From positions 3,596,001-3,660,000 of the forward strand of contig CDROCS010000253.1 in assembly GCA_977020255.1 (NCBI GenBank): a DNA stretch of 64,000 bases, given 5' to 3'. Below, one piece after another: positions 9,476 to 19,799 of this stretch; the stretch's first letter is position 1, and each line of letters opens with the position of its first letter. The notes beneath the pieces are model-generated. The model saw only the letters and a list, made by a program, of their open reading frames with translations, ran no database searches and had not been told where the DNA came from. The position numbers and the translations under genes were made by a program. Source of the stretch: Obrimoposthia wandeli. Its lineage: Eukaryota.

Positions 9476-11611
9476 TTAGATTGAATATTTGATACTGAAA
9501 GAAACATAGTCATGGTCTTCCATCTTGTTAGTCGTGCCAACACCACCGAAGAAGCTGTTATAGTTCAAGTCTGCTGACCAACGACTCTGATAATCAAAGG
9601 TTACGCCTAACGCCATTGATTTTCGGCCCTCAATAAACATAAACAATGGATCGGGTGTAATACCTTTAACATCGTGAGAAAATACTAGACGTGGCGCTAT
9701 ATTGATACCGGCGATAACGTTAGTATATTCAAGTTTAGCGATTGCACGATAACCCCAAGCGAACTCAGTGGGGAATGGATTAGACTCAACACCGTCTTGT
9801 AAAGCTTTGTTTAAACCTGGAGCGCCATTACTAACACCACCACTGCGCGCGGTGCCAGGGCCATTTAAACGTAATTCACTTTGCTCAGGCATATCATTAA
9901 TATTGATACCACCTACTTCAATGAGTCCTACTAATTGGCTAGCACCAATAGTTGGTCCAAACAAATGTGTTAATGTCACTTGTGCTTGTACGGTATCTGA
10001 TAATATATAGCCCTTTGCCGTTTGGCCTGGGCCATAAGGTAAACCGTCAACGGTCTTCATTTGTGAAACACCATTTAAAGCTTCATACTTCACAGGGTCT
10101 GCATTATAAAGTTGTTGCGGTACTGCAGCAAATAGTAGTTCAACATCATCAATTTGCAGCGGTTCATCTTGACGGTAACTTACTTCACCGGCAAAGGCTG
10201 TTGTACCCAAGGTTGTGTTAAAACTCATTGCGTACATTTTTATGTCTTCTACATAATCTAACTCAACACGAGAGAAACTATTTAAATCAGTATAGTTACC
10301 TTCGTTAATTTGATTTTTTGTGAGATACCCAAGATCCCCCCCTATTGATTCAGCACTATAATCTGCGGTAATACCTGAAAAGATAGGACGACGACTATGA
10401 TAATTCACATGATACAAACTTATCTCGGTATCATTAAATTCAGGCAAGAACCAAGATAAGCGCAAACCATATTGGCCGCCATCATCTGGTTCATTTTCAG
10501 CTTTAGAACCTGGAGCTCTTAAGGTAAGGTTACCAGCATAAGCAGCGTACATTCCTCCCGCTTTAGCTTGAGCTGCACCTACGGCTGCTGCTCTTTCTGC
10601 TGGATCAGCAATAGATGCAGCTGCAGATAGGTTTGCTTTTAAACCAGTACCAATTTCATTTAGACCCGCCATTAGGTAATCTAAGTTCATATCGGGATTG
10701 CCACCGAAACCGAGTTGAACATTATTGTATTGACCACCGTCACCGGCAAAATCGTTGGTAGAGAAATAACTACCTGGTGGTGGTAAAATAGTTTTTTCCC
10801 AAGCGTATTGATAAAAGGCTTCAATGTTGAAGTTATCGGTAACACCTAAAGACGCCCATAAGGAACCAACCGGAATAAAGGCTTCTTTTAATTCGGCACC
10901 AGGCGCACGTAAACGAGCAATATCAACCGAGTTTATCTCACTAATGCCGTGAGAGATAAGGGTACTTTCACCCCAACTAATCACCTGGTCACCGAGACGT
11001 ACTGAGAAAGGCATTTCGCCAATTTCAAAATCACCATAAACATAGGCATCAAGTAAACGAACATCTTTACAAACTTGCTCTCGCGCTGCACCATCTCGAC
11101 ACGGGTCGAATACATTACCGGTAAGCGCATTAGATGATGCTCTATCATCATCCATCATGGCATAATCATAAAAATACATACCACGAACAAAGACACCAAC
11201 ATTTTGATAGTGAACATCTAATTCATGAACACCTTTAAATATTTTAGAGAAACTTTCGCCGGCATCGTAGTTTAAATTACCATTATCACCATTGGTAGAA
11301 TAACCACCTTCACCTTGCGCCCAAACATCTTCTTTCATCGGGTTTGGTGCGTAGACTTTATAATTATTAAAATCTAAGCCACTATTGGCATTGTTAGACT
11401 TACCTATATTGTCATTCCAGTTTCTATCTTCTGTTCGCCAGCTTGAGCCAACGCTAAAGGTAGAATCAAAACTGATCTCTACATCACCGAGCTCCCATCT
11501 TGCTGCTTGAGCAGTATTAACCATTGAGGTTAACAATGACATTGAAAGTGCGGCAGCAATACCTACAGCTAAAGGTTTTTTGGCAAAGCCATGTTGAGGC
11601 TTGTTTTTCAT
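9476..11611 (-). CDS. DUF1302 domain outer-membrane protein
   Basis: Signal peptide, DDGNLNY-like motif, GDQVISWGES, C-terminal FSIKYSI; directly upstream of DUF1329. Confidence 0.88.
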   Translation of the reverse strand: MKNKPQHGFAKKPLAVGIAAALSMSLLTSMVNTAQAARWELGDVEISFDSTFSVGSSWRTEDRNWNDNIGKSNNANSGLDFNNYKVYAPNPMKEDVWAQGEGGYSTNGDNGNLNYDAGESFSKIFKGVHELDVHYQNVGVFVRGMYFYDYAMMDDDRASSNALTGNVFDPCRDGAAREQVCKDVRLLDAYVYGDFEIGEMPFSVRLGDQVISWGESTLISHGISEINSVDIARLRAPGAELKEAFIPVGSLWASLGVTDNFNIEAFYQYAWEKTILPPPGSYFSTNDFAGDGGQYNNVQLGFGGNPDMNLDYLMAGLNEIGTGLKANLSAAASIADPAERAAAVGAAQAKAGGMYAAYAGNLTLRAPGSKAENEPDDGGQYGLRLSWFLPEFNDTEISLYHVNYHSRRPIFSGITADYSAESIGGDLGYLTKNQINEGNYTDLNSFSRVELDYVEDIKMYAMSFNTTLGTTAFAGEVSYRQDEPLQIDDVELLFAAVPQQLYNADPVKYEALNGVSQMKTVDGLPYGPGQTAKGYILSDTVQAQVTLTHLFGPTIGASQLVGLIEVGGININDMPEQSELRLNGPGTARSGGVSNGAPGLNKALQDGVESNPFPTEFAWGYRAIAKLEYTNVIAGINIAPRLVFSHDVKGITPDPLFMFIEGRKSMALGVTFDYQSRWSADLNYNSFFGGVGTTNKMEDHDYVSFSIKYSI

Positions 11612-11828
11612 CTATTCTCTCCCCTGTTCAGAACATAATACTAAAATATAAAATATCACCAAAAGTTCATCTACATTAATGTAATCAAAAGTTAGTTCTT
11701 ATTATATTATTTATCTAACGAAAACAATAATTACATCATTTGACTTAGGTAGCAAGCGTAAAGGTATGAGTTAAAGCCCTATATTTTAATGACTTGCATT
11801 CAAGTAATTGCGCGCTTGAATCTCGCGT

Positions 11829-11846
11829 TTAAAACAAGCGTTTGAA
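11829..11846. promoter_or_regulatory. Candidate PsrA (TetR-family) operator
   Basis: TTAAAACAAGCGTTTGAA; one mismatch to the (G/C)AAAC-N4-GTTT(G/C) PsrA consensus. Confidence 0.5.
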
Positions 11847-11932
11847 ACTAAGGGATTACAATACTGGGTTTGTTTTATAAGCTCATAAAATAACGATTAT
11901 TTGTTTAAGTTGCTATTGTAGACACACTAGGT

Positions 11933-11949
11933 GAATGGTCGGACCACTG
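11933..11949. promoter_or_regulatory. Candidate FadR/GntR-family operator
   Basis: GAA-TGGTCGGACCA-CTG; central 11 bp match the FadR consensus AACTGGTCnGACCAGTT. Confidence 0.5.
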
Positions 11950-11988
11950 TTTCAAGTGATTACTCTATTTAACATTACTGCAGCGAAA

Positions 11989-12204
11989 TTATTTAAGCTT
12001 AACTAAGGATAAAAATTTATTTTGTTGTGTTTGTAAACAAAAATCACCTTGAATGCCATTAACGGTAAGGTACTTTCGTAAATGCATTGCAGGAAATTGA
12101 ACTTTAACACCTTGGGTTGTTGTTACGACAACATTCAAAATTTTTCCTTGGTAGTAAGGGAGAAACTCATTCGTTGTTATTTTAATAGAGAAGTAATATT
12201 TCAT
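11989..12204 (-). CDS. DUF2835-family small protein
   Basis: 71 aa, YYQG...VVVTTTQGVKVQFPAMHLRKYLT pattern; downstream of pepN. Confidence 0.75.
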   Translation of the reverse strand: MKYYFSIKITTNEFLPYYQGKILNVVVTTTQGVKVQFPAMHLRKYLTVNGIQGDFCLQTQQNKFLSLVKLK

Positions 12205-12313
12205 GTCTTTAAATACTTGTAACGGATATAAATACTAGTAACGTGCTTATTTACAATAAAAGCACGTTACTACAAAGTGATTTACCTAATGTTCTACCTA
12301 GTAATAAGTTGAA

Positions 12314-14932
12314 TTAGTCATTGAGCGCAGCATCAAGCTTTTCTTTCAAATCATTTGATAAGTTAGCCAATGCTTGCAACTTAACTAGCTCTGCTTTCAT
12401 TAACTCTTGATGCGCGGGTGCAAAATTTTTATATTGAATTAACGGGGTAATCAATCTTGAGGCAACTTGTGGATTGATTTCATTTAATTTAGCAATTTGA
12501 TCTGCTAAGAATTGATAACCTTGTCCTGTTTGACAATGAAAGTACCTAGGGTTATTCATTGCAAAAGCACCGATTAAAGACCGCGCTCTATTAGGGTTTT
12601 TTAAACTAAATTGCGGATGCTCTAATAGTGTGGCAAGTTGTGAAAAAACATCTTCACTAACCACACTAGCATTAAGGGCAAACCACTTATCCATAACTAA
12701 GGTAGTTTGCTGCCATTTATTTTCAAAATGCTGCAGCTGTTCACTTAAGTCGTCTAAATTATTTTTTGCGCTGCAGGTTAAGGCGGCCAAGCTATCTGTC
12801 ATATTCTCTTGTAAGATGTCATCATTATTCGTTGCATGCTGGTATTGTTGGGTAACCAAATGCTGATGTTCAGGTAAAAGACTTAAATACGCCAAACAAA
12901 CATTTTTTAATGCTCTATTCGCTACTGCATTTTGATTTAAATTTTCTTGCTGACAAGCTTTGTAGCTAATAAGTAATTGTTGCTGAGTGCCTTGAGCAAT
13001 AAAGATAGAAAGCGTGGTTATCGCATCGGTTAATGCTATTGGATCAATATCTATCATCAAACTAGCAGCTTCATCGAAACTAGGTAATGATAATTGCTCA
13101 GCAATGAAAGCCCGATCGCCACCACTATTTAACATATCATTAATAGCATTAAGTAATTCAGTAGGGATAGTGTAATCAATATCAAACGTTAATTGTTGTA
13201 CGTATGTCATTAATAACTTTTGACCGGCATCCCAACGACAGAAACTATTATCAGCTTGCTTCATAATGGTTAATAAACTGGTATTGTCTTGATCAAAAAT
13301 CAACTTAACGGGTGCACTAAAGTCAGCCAGCATTGCTAAGGTCGGCTTACTGTTAAAACCACTAAATTGCCAACTCTGCTCTGTTTGCGTCAGCTCTAAT
13401 AACTCACTTTGAGAAGCCTTGTCATTATTTTCACTGATTAATTCAACCTTGATAGGTATATGTAACGCTTGTGGGTGTTGTTGATTCTTAGTGATTGGTG
13501 ATTGCTGTATTAAGGTTAACGTATAAACGTTAGTTTGTGAGTCAAAAATTTCTTGTGCTTTAATCACAGGCGTTCCAGACTGACTATACCATAACTTAAA
13601 TTGCGTTAAATCTTTACCGCTAGCATCACTCATCGCATTGATGAAGTCATCACAAGTGACGGCCATACCATCAAAACGAGAAAAATATAAGTCCATACCT
13701 TGTCTAAATTTATCTACACCAATTAAGGTATGTAACATACGAATAACTTCTGAGCCCTTTTCATAAACAGTTAGGGTATAAAAATTATTCATTTCCAGTA
13801 CTTTTTCAGGTCGTATTGGATGCGCCATTGGGCCTGCATCTTCAGCAAACTGTTGTGAGCGTAACAAACGTACATTTTGAATACGGGTCACTGCACTTGA
13901 ATGCATTTGGGCACTAAATTGCTGGTCTCGAAAAACAGTTAAACCTTCTTTTAAGCTCAGCTGAAACCAATCACGACAGGTGACGCGATTGCCGGTCCAG
14001 TTATGAAAGTACTCATGGGCGATAACCGCTTCAATATTAAAATAATCGTTATCTGTTGCACATTGACTATCTGCCAGTACGAATTTGGAATTAAAAACAT
14101 TTAAGCCTTTGTTTTCCATCGCGCCCATATTAAAAAAGTCTACCGCGACAATCATGTAAATATCTAAATCATATTCAAGACCGAAAGTATCTTCATCCCA
14201 CGCCATTGATTTTTGTAATGACACCATGGCATGCTCAGCTTTAACCAAGTTACCTTTATCAACAAATATCTCAAGAGCGACTTCACGACCCGACACCGTA
14301 GTAAAGTTATCCTCAAGTAAATCAAAATCTCCCGCCACTAAGGCAAAAAGATAACAAGGTTTTGGAAATGGGTCATGCCAAGTCACAAAGTGTTTATTGT
14401 TCGCTAATTCACCACTCGCTACTTTGTTACCATTAGATAATAAATAGGGATATAACGTTTTGTCTGCAACAACTTTAGTGGTGAATGTTGCCATCACATC
14501 AGGTCTATCTAGATAATAGCTAATCCGACGAAAACCTTCGGCTTCACATTGAGTACAAAAAGCATCACCTGACTTAAATAAGCCTTCTAGCGCCGTGTTT
14601 TCTTGTGGGTTGATCTCGGTAGTAATAATGAGGGTAAAATGGCTTCTATCAGGCAAGCTACTTGCCGGAATAATTAATAGCGTATCGTTGAGTTGATACT
14701 GCTCTTTATTAAGTGCTTGGTTATCAACCACGACTGACGCTAATGTTAGATGCTCACCGTTTAGTTGCAAAGCGTCTTTACTATCGCCTTTTCGCTCTAT
14801 GGTCAATTCACTAACAACTTGGCTACAAGTATCATCTAAATAAATAGTTAAATTCACTGTATTAATAGTAAAGTCAGCTGGGCGGTAGTCCGCTAAAAAT
14901 CGTGGTGCTGTGTCTGGTAAAATAGATGACAT
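12314..14932 (-). CDS. pepN: Aminopeptidase N (M1 family)
   Basis: GAMENKGLN, HEYFH...E zinc motif, TQCEAEGFRRI. Confidence 0.97.
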   Translation of the reverse strand: MSSILPDTAPRFLADYRPADFTINTVNLTIYLDDTCSQVVSELTIERKGDSKDALQLNGEHLTLASVVVDNQALNKEQYQLNDTLLIIPASSLPDRSHFTLIITTEINPQENTALEGLFKSGDAFCTQCEAEGFRRISYYLDRPDVMATFTTKVVADKTLYPYLLSNGNKVASGELANNKHFVTWHDPFPKPCYLFALVAGDFDLLEDNFTTVSGREVALEIFVDKGNLVKAEHAMVSLQKSMAWDEDTFGLEYDLDIYMIVAVDFFNMGAMENKGLNVFNSKFVLADSQCATDNDYFNIEAVIAHEYFHNWTGNRVTCRDWFQLSLKEGLTVFRDQQFSAQMHSSAVTRIQNVRLLRSQQFAEDAGPMAHPIRPEKVLEMNNFYTLTVYEKGSEVIRMLHTLIGVDKFRQGMDLYFSRFDGMAVTCDDFINAMSDASGKDLTQFKLWYSQSGTPVIKAQEIFDSQTNVYTLTLIQQSPITKNQQHPQALHIPIKVELISENNDKASQSELLELTQTEQSWQFSGFNSKPTLAMLADFSAPVKLIFDQDNTSLLTIMKQADNSFCRWDAGQKLLMTYVQQLTFDIDYTIPTELLNAINDMLNSGGDRAFIAEQLSLPSFDEAASLMIDIDPIALTDAITTLSIFIAQGTQQQLLISYKACQQENLNQNAVANRALKNVCLAYLSLLPEHQHLVTQQYQHATNNDDILQENMTDSLAALTCSAKNNLDDLSEQLQHFENKWQQTTLVMDKWFALNASVVSEDVFSQLATLLEHPQFSLKNPNRARSLIGAFAMNNPRYFHCQTGQGYQFLADQIAKLNEINPQVASRLITPLIQYKNFAPAHQELMKAELVKLQALANLSNDLKEKLDAALND

Positions 14933-14959
14933 AATAGAGCCTTACTTTGGAGAAGAAAA

Positions 14960-16438
14960 TTAAGCTGTCGCTTTTTGAGTGGTTTCTTTAGTCGTTGCTG
15001 TAGTCAGCTTCTTTATATTAAAACCAATAAAGCCATAAATAACAGCAAGAATCGGATTAATCCAGTTAAAGAAACAATAAAACATATAATCAAGTGGATT
15101 AACTAATAGCACACCTGACATATAAACGGCACAAGTATTCCAAGGGATAAGCGGTGAAGTAATGGTACCTGCATCTTCCAGTGTACGACTTAATACCAGT
15201 GGATCTAAACCTCTTCGCTCATATTCTTCTTTATACATGCGACCTGGCATGACAATAGCCATATATTGATCCGCTGTTAGAATGTTAGTGCCTATACAAG
15301 TTGCCACTGTACTCGCGATAAGACTACCGGTTGATTTAGCAGAAGCTAAAATAACCTCAACAAACTTTTTCAACATACCTAAGTGCTCTAATACCGCACC
15401 AAAACTTAACGCACACATGATAAGCCAAACAGTATTAAGCATAGAAGACATCCCTCCTCCACTTAGTAAGGAATCAAGCTGACCGTTACCCGTTTCAATC
15501 ACTACACCATCAAAGAAGGCCGTCCAGATCACTTTAACATTTGCTGTAATCAAGTCAGTATCTCCGCCTAAGCGTACAATTAACTCTTGCTGAAATACTA
15601 ATGCCCAAACGCCACCAATTAAAGCACCAATAGCAACTGCGGGAAAAGCAGGTACTTTTTTAATGGCTAGCGTTAATAAAACTAATAACGGCACTAAATT
15701 AAAGATCGAAATATTAAATTGTTCTGCTAATTGCAAGCTTAACAAATCAATACTGTCATTATTTACTGTTATTGTTTCATTAAGCCCAATAATAACGAAC
15801 AGTACTAACGCGGTGATAATAGAAGGCGCTGTTGTCCAAAACATATAACGTATATGAGCAAAAAGTTCACTACCTGCAATAGCGGGAGCTAAATTTGTCG
15901 TCTCTGAAAGAGGAGAGATTTTATCACCAAAATAGGCACCAGAAATAACAGCACCTGCAGTAACAGCCGGGGATAAATCTAACCCTTGAGCTATACCAAT
16001 TAAAGCAACACCTATTGTAGCTGCGGTAGTCCATGAGCTACCAATACTCATAGAGACAATTGCGCACATTACACACGCCGCAGCATAAAACCATGATGGA
16101 TTTAATAACTGTAAACCATAATAAATCATAGTCGGTACAGTACCTGATAATAACCAGGTACCAATCAGCGAACCTACGGCTAATAAGATTAAAACAGCAC
16201 CAAGAGAAAGAGAAATACCATTGACGATAGCTTTTTCAATAGACTGCCAATTATGTCCATTTTTCACGCCAACAATAATAGCAACACCCATAGCTATAAG
16301 TAGTGCTATTTGATTGGGGCCATAAGACGAGTTATCGCCAAAATAAAATACGGCGAGGGTGAGTAAACAAATTAAAGTGAGCACTGGAATGCTGGCATCG
16401 AGCATACTTGGTTTTTTTGGGGGACTTAACTCAGACAT
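14960..16438 (-). CDS. nhaC: NhaC-family Na+/H+ antiporter
   Basis: Multi-TM protein; GSSWTT, GDKISPLSETTNLA, SRTLEDAGT motifs. Confidence 0.88.
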   Translation of the reverse strand: MSELSPPKKPSMLDASIPVLTLICLLTLAVFYFGDNSSYGPNQIALLIAMGVAIIVGVKNGHNWQSIEKAIVNGISLSLGAVLILLAVGSLIGTWLLSGTVPTMIYYGLQLLNPSWFYAAACVMCAIVSMSIGSSWTTAATIGVALIGIAQGLDLSPAVTAGAVISGAYFGDKISPLSETTNLAPAIAGSELFAHIRYMFWTTAPSIITALVLFVIIGLNETITVNNDSIDLLSLQLAEQFNISIFNLVPLLVLLTLAIKKVPAFPAVAIGALIGGVWALVFQQELIVRLGGDTDLITANVKVIWTAFFDGVVIETGNGQLDSLLSGGGMSSMLNTVWLIMCALSFGAVLEHLGMLKKFVEVILASAKSTGSLIASTVATCIGTNILTADQYMAIVMPGRMYKEEYERRGLDPLVLSRTLEDAGTITSPLIPWNTCAVYMSGVLLVNPLDYMFYCFFNWINPILAVIYGFIGFNIKKLTTATTKETTQKATA

Positions 16439-16520
16439 GTAATGTAAACCTTTTTATTATTGTAGTTATACCAATCGGACTAATTAACGGTAGGCTAATA
16501 TCATTGTGTTTATATAACAA

Positions 16521-16546
16521 TAAAGCCGCCTCGATGGGCGGCTTTA
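16521..16546. terminator. Terminator hairpin downstream of prc
   Basis: TAAAGCCGCC-TCGATG-GGCGGCTTTA. Confidence 0.7.
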
Positions 16547-16561
16547 TTACGTAAATATTGC

Positions 16562-18613
16562 TTATTTTTTCGCGATTTTTCCTAAAGAAATAAAATCAAA
16601 TGTTATACGTGCTGCTTCATCTAAAAAGGGGTCTAAATCATCAAGTTCATCAGATAAATCATCTAAATCGGTTACTTTCTCTTTACCTAAAAGTACAAGT
16701 TGTTCATTAACACGTACTAAACGTTTACTTTTACGTTGTTCGCGTTCTGATTGTCGAGTAGCAAGATTTAATGAAATAGTTTTATCATCTTTTTCAGCTT
16801 GGTAAATACCGATATCTTCGAGTAAGTAATTAAACTCTGGATTGTTTTTAATGCGTTGTTGATAAAGCGAGCTCAAGTAGTCAATATCTTTATTGAGTTC
16901 ATTTAGTGGCGTATATTTTGCTTGTTGGATCTGATCCCAAGGTAGTGCATTTTCTTCTTTACTTTCACCCCACTCTTCTGGGTCTATAGCAGTAGGAAAA
17001 GATATATCAGGCAAAACACCGCGGTGTTGAGTACTACCGCCATTGATTCGGTAAAATTTAGCAATAGTATATTGAATACTTCCTAAAGGTTTTTCATACA
17101 AGTCATATACACGACCTAAACCACGATGTTGTTGTACGGTACCTTTACCAAACGTATGTTCACCAATAATGACACCACGTCCATAATCTTGAATGGCAGC
17201 GGAGAATATTTCAGAGGCTGAGGCGCTGTAGCGATCAACCATTACCGTTAATGGGCCATCAAAAAAGCTGACACCATCGCGATCACTATTTACTTGAATA
17301 CGATTCGCACCGTCTCTAATTTGAACAACAGGACCTTTATCAATAAACAAACCGGTTAATAGCGTCGCTTCACTTAATGAACCACCACCATTACCACGTA
17401 GGTCAACGATAATGCCCTGCACTTTCTGTTCTTTTAGTTTGGCAATTTCTTTATTAACATCTTTAGATAGATTGTTGTAAAAGCTAGGTATGGTGATTAC
17501 ACCTAGTTTTTTACTGTCTGCCACCTCAGGGTTTTCAAGATAAACCTCAGACTTTGCCGCGCGATCTTCTAACTTAATAATATCTCTAACAATAGAGACA
17601 ACTTTAATGTTAGCTTCATCATCACTATCACCTGATAATATTTGCAGGCGTACTGTAGTGCCTTTAGCACCTTTAATTAATTCGACCACATCATCTAAGC
17701 GCCAACCAATAACATCTTCAAAATCTTTTTCGCCTTGGGCAACGCCAACAATGCGATCCTTTGATTTTAATTGTTTTGACTTATCTGCAGGACCGCCAGT
17801 AACAATACGGTGAATAACAGTATAATCTTCAATTGAGCGTAACTCTGCACCAATGCCTTCAAGAGACAAATTCATATCAACTTGGAAACGTTCTGCATTA
17901 CGAGGAGATAAATATGATGTATGTGGCTCAACAACACGGGCAAAACTATTCATCACAAGTTGGAAAGCATCTTCACTTTCACTCTGCTTTAAGCGTTTAA
18001 TCGCATAGTTGTAGCGTTTAGTTAATACTTCTTTGATTTTTGGCCATTCTTTCTTGGTTAATGTCAGATTTAAAACATCTGATTTAACTTTTAAGCGCCA
18101 TAACTCATCCAACTCAACCTCACTAGCAGGCCAAGGTGCTTCTTCACGATCAAAAGAGTAAATTTCTTTTTTGGTGAAATCGAAAGGGTTTTTATCACCT
18201 TTAACATTTAATAACTTAACAGCATATTCATAACGTTCTAAACGTCTTTGCATATTTAAGTTATAAATATCGTAAGCGGTGTCTAACTTACCGCGAGTCA
18301 AAATTGAGTCAAACTCAAGACGGTATTTCTGGAAGTTATCAATATCAGTTGCTAAGAAAATATTTCTCGCATAATCGAGTTGTTTAATAAATCGATCAAA
18401 AACTTCACCTGACAAAGCATCGTCAATGGTGACTTTCTTATAATGTGCACGAGTGAATCGTGCCGTAATGCGCTTGCTTGCTGTGGCATGCTGAGTTTCA
18501 GGCATGAGTACAGGGAGTTCTTCTGGAGTCTTTGGCTTTTCAAACGCAATAGCGCTTACTGATAAACCTAACGATAAAGATACGGCGAGAGCGATACGAC
18601 AAAATTTTTGCAT
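16562..18613 (-). CDS. prc: Tail-specific (carboxy-terminal processing) protease
   Basis: PDZ domain, DLRGNGGGSL, SASASEIF, GKGTVQ; follows proQ. Confidence 0.96.
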   Translation of the reverse strand: MQKFCRIALAVSLSLGLSVSAIAFEKPKTPEELPVLMPETQHATASKRITARFTRAHYKKVTIDDALSGEVFDRFIKQLDYARNIFLATDIDNFQKYRLEFDSILTRGKLDTAYDIYNLNMQRRLERYEYAVKLLNVKGDKNPFDFTKKEIYSFDREEAPWPASEVELDELWRLKVKSDVLNLTLTKKEWPKIKEVLTKRYNYAIKRLKQSESEDAFQLVMNSFARVVEPHTSYLSPRNAERFQVDMNLSLEGIGAELRSIEDYTVIHRIVTGGPADKSKQLKSKDRIVGVAQGEKDFEDVIGWRLDDVVELIKGAKGTTVRLQILSGDSDDEANIKVVSIVRDIIKLEDRAAKSEVYLENPEVADSKKLGVITIPSFYNNLSKDVNKEIAKLKEQKVQGIIVDLRGNGGGSLSEATLLTGLFIDKGPVVQIRDGANRIQVNSDRDGVSFFDGPLTVMVDRYSASASEIFSAAIQDYGRGVIIGEHTFGKGTVQQHRGLGRVYDLYEKPLGSIQYTIAKFYRINGGSTQHRGVLPDISFPTAIDPEEWGESKEENALPWDQIQQAKYTPLNELNKDIDYLSSLYQQRIKNNPEFNYLLEDIGIYQAEKDDKTISLNLATRQSEREQRKSKRLVRVNEQLVLLGKEKVTDLDDLSDELDDLDPFLDEAARITFDFISLGKIAKK

Positions 18614-18699
18614 GCATTAACTTCCTATTCAATTTCTATGTGACCTAGCAGTTTTGCTAGGCCTAGCCGCCAAACCTAATAATGGCGACTTTTGACTAC

Positions 18700-19368
18700 T
18701 TATAAGTAGATATTTTGTAGTTGAGTTTTGATAACCATGCCAGAATCAAGTTGTACACTGATATCTTTACCCGATATTTCAGTGATGGTGGCTTTCATTG
18801 GTGAATTACCTAGTTGAACTCTCACTTTACTACCTACATTAATTGTAGTTGATTCAACAGCTTTAAGTGGCTCTACTTCTTTTTTCACAGCTTTTTTAGT
18901 CGTTGACTTAACTGTTTTAAATTTAGTTGATTCACGTTTTTTATCAACAGGCTTACTGGTACCAGCTTCTGTTGAGGCTTGCTTACCTTTATAAGGCTTT
19001 TTGCCATCGCTGTCTGTCGCTTTTTTGTTACCAAATTTTTCTTGGCTTTCTTTAAGCGTTTTACTTGCGTAAGCTGCTTGATCTTCATCAATTTTGGCAA
19101 CATCTTTGCCATCAACGTCTACACGAGAAGTGCCAACTTTGATAACCTTTAGATAGCGCCAGCTGCTTGTATAATGTCTTAATGCTTGACGTAAACGCGT
19201 TTTACTCACCGTTTCATCATCATTAAGCTTTTCAGCTAAATCTTGGAATATACCAATTTTAAGGGGTTTAACGGGACCTTTAATTGAAAAACACTCTGGG
19301 AATTTTTCAGTTAAATAAGCAATGATGTCTTTCGTACTTGTACGTTTAATTTCAGTTTCCATAACCAC
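18700..19368 (-). CDS. proQ: RNA chaperone ProQ
   Basis: KPLKIGIFQDL...LRQALRHYTSSWRYL FinO/ProQ domain plus C-terminal Tudor-like region. Confidence 0.96.
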   Translation of the reverse strand: MVMETEIKRTSTKDIIAYLTEKFPECFSIKGPVKPLKIGIFQDLAEKLNDDETVSKTRLRQALRHYTSSWRYLKVIKVGTSRVDVDGKDVAKIDEDQAAYASKTLKESQEKFGNKKATDSDGKKPYKGKQASTEAGTSKPVDKKRESTKFKTVKSTTKKAVKKEVEPLKAVESTTINVGSKVRVQLGNSPMKATITEISGKDISVQLDSGMVIKTQLQNIYL

Positions 19369-19474
19369 ACTTTTTTTACAATTTAAATTAAATTAAGCTG
19401 ATTTTATTTTTAAACAAGAATCACTCTAATAAGAGCAACTCTAGCAAGAAAATAGCGCCAATGTTTATCTTTCT

Positions 19475-19762
19475 TTATTCTTCAGATTGGAGATGCTGTT
19501 CGGGATTATCGATCACATGTTTACACCAATCATATATATCATCTGTTTCTATTTCAGCAATCGCTTCTTGACCTATCCAGGTGTCCCAAATGAGTGCCAA
19601 TAGTTGTTCTAAAACTTCCGTATCTATATCTTCATCAGCTAAGTCGTACATAGTATGATAAATTTCATTCATACGCTCAGCAACTTCTTCTTCCTGGCCA
19701 TCCCAGTCACCCACAATTTCTTGGGTTACTAGATAGTCATGAATGACCACAAATTCTTTCAT
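19475..19762 (-). CDS. Hypothetical, highly acidic 95-aa protein
   Basis: Clean ORF, co-oriented between msrC and proQ; 28 D/E versus 3 K/R by hand count. Confidence 0.8.
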   Translation of the reverse strand: MKEFVVIHDYLVTQEIVGDWDGQEEEVAERMNEIYHTMYDLADEDIDTEVLEQLLALIWDTWIGQEAIAEIETDDIYDWCKHVIDNPEQHLQSEE

Positions 19763-19799
19763 TAAACCTTCACTTACTCTATAAATTTTAGACTACAGG

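Noticed and set aside
16464-16490. TTATACCAATCGGACTAATTAA, similar to a repeat end seen in related genera
   Set aside because: Single short occurrence with no partner end in the window.
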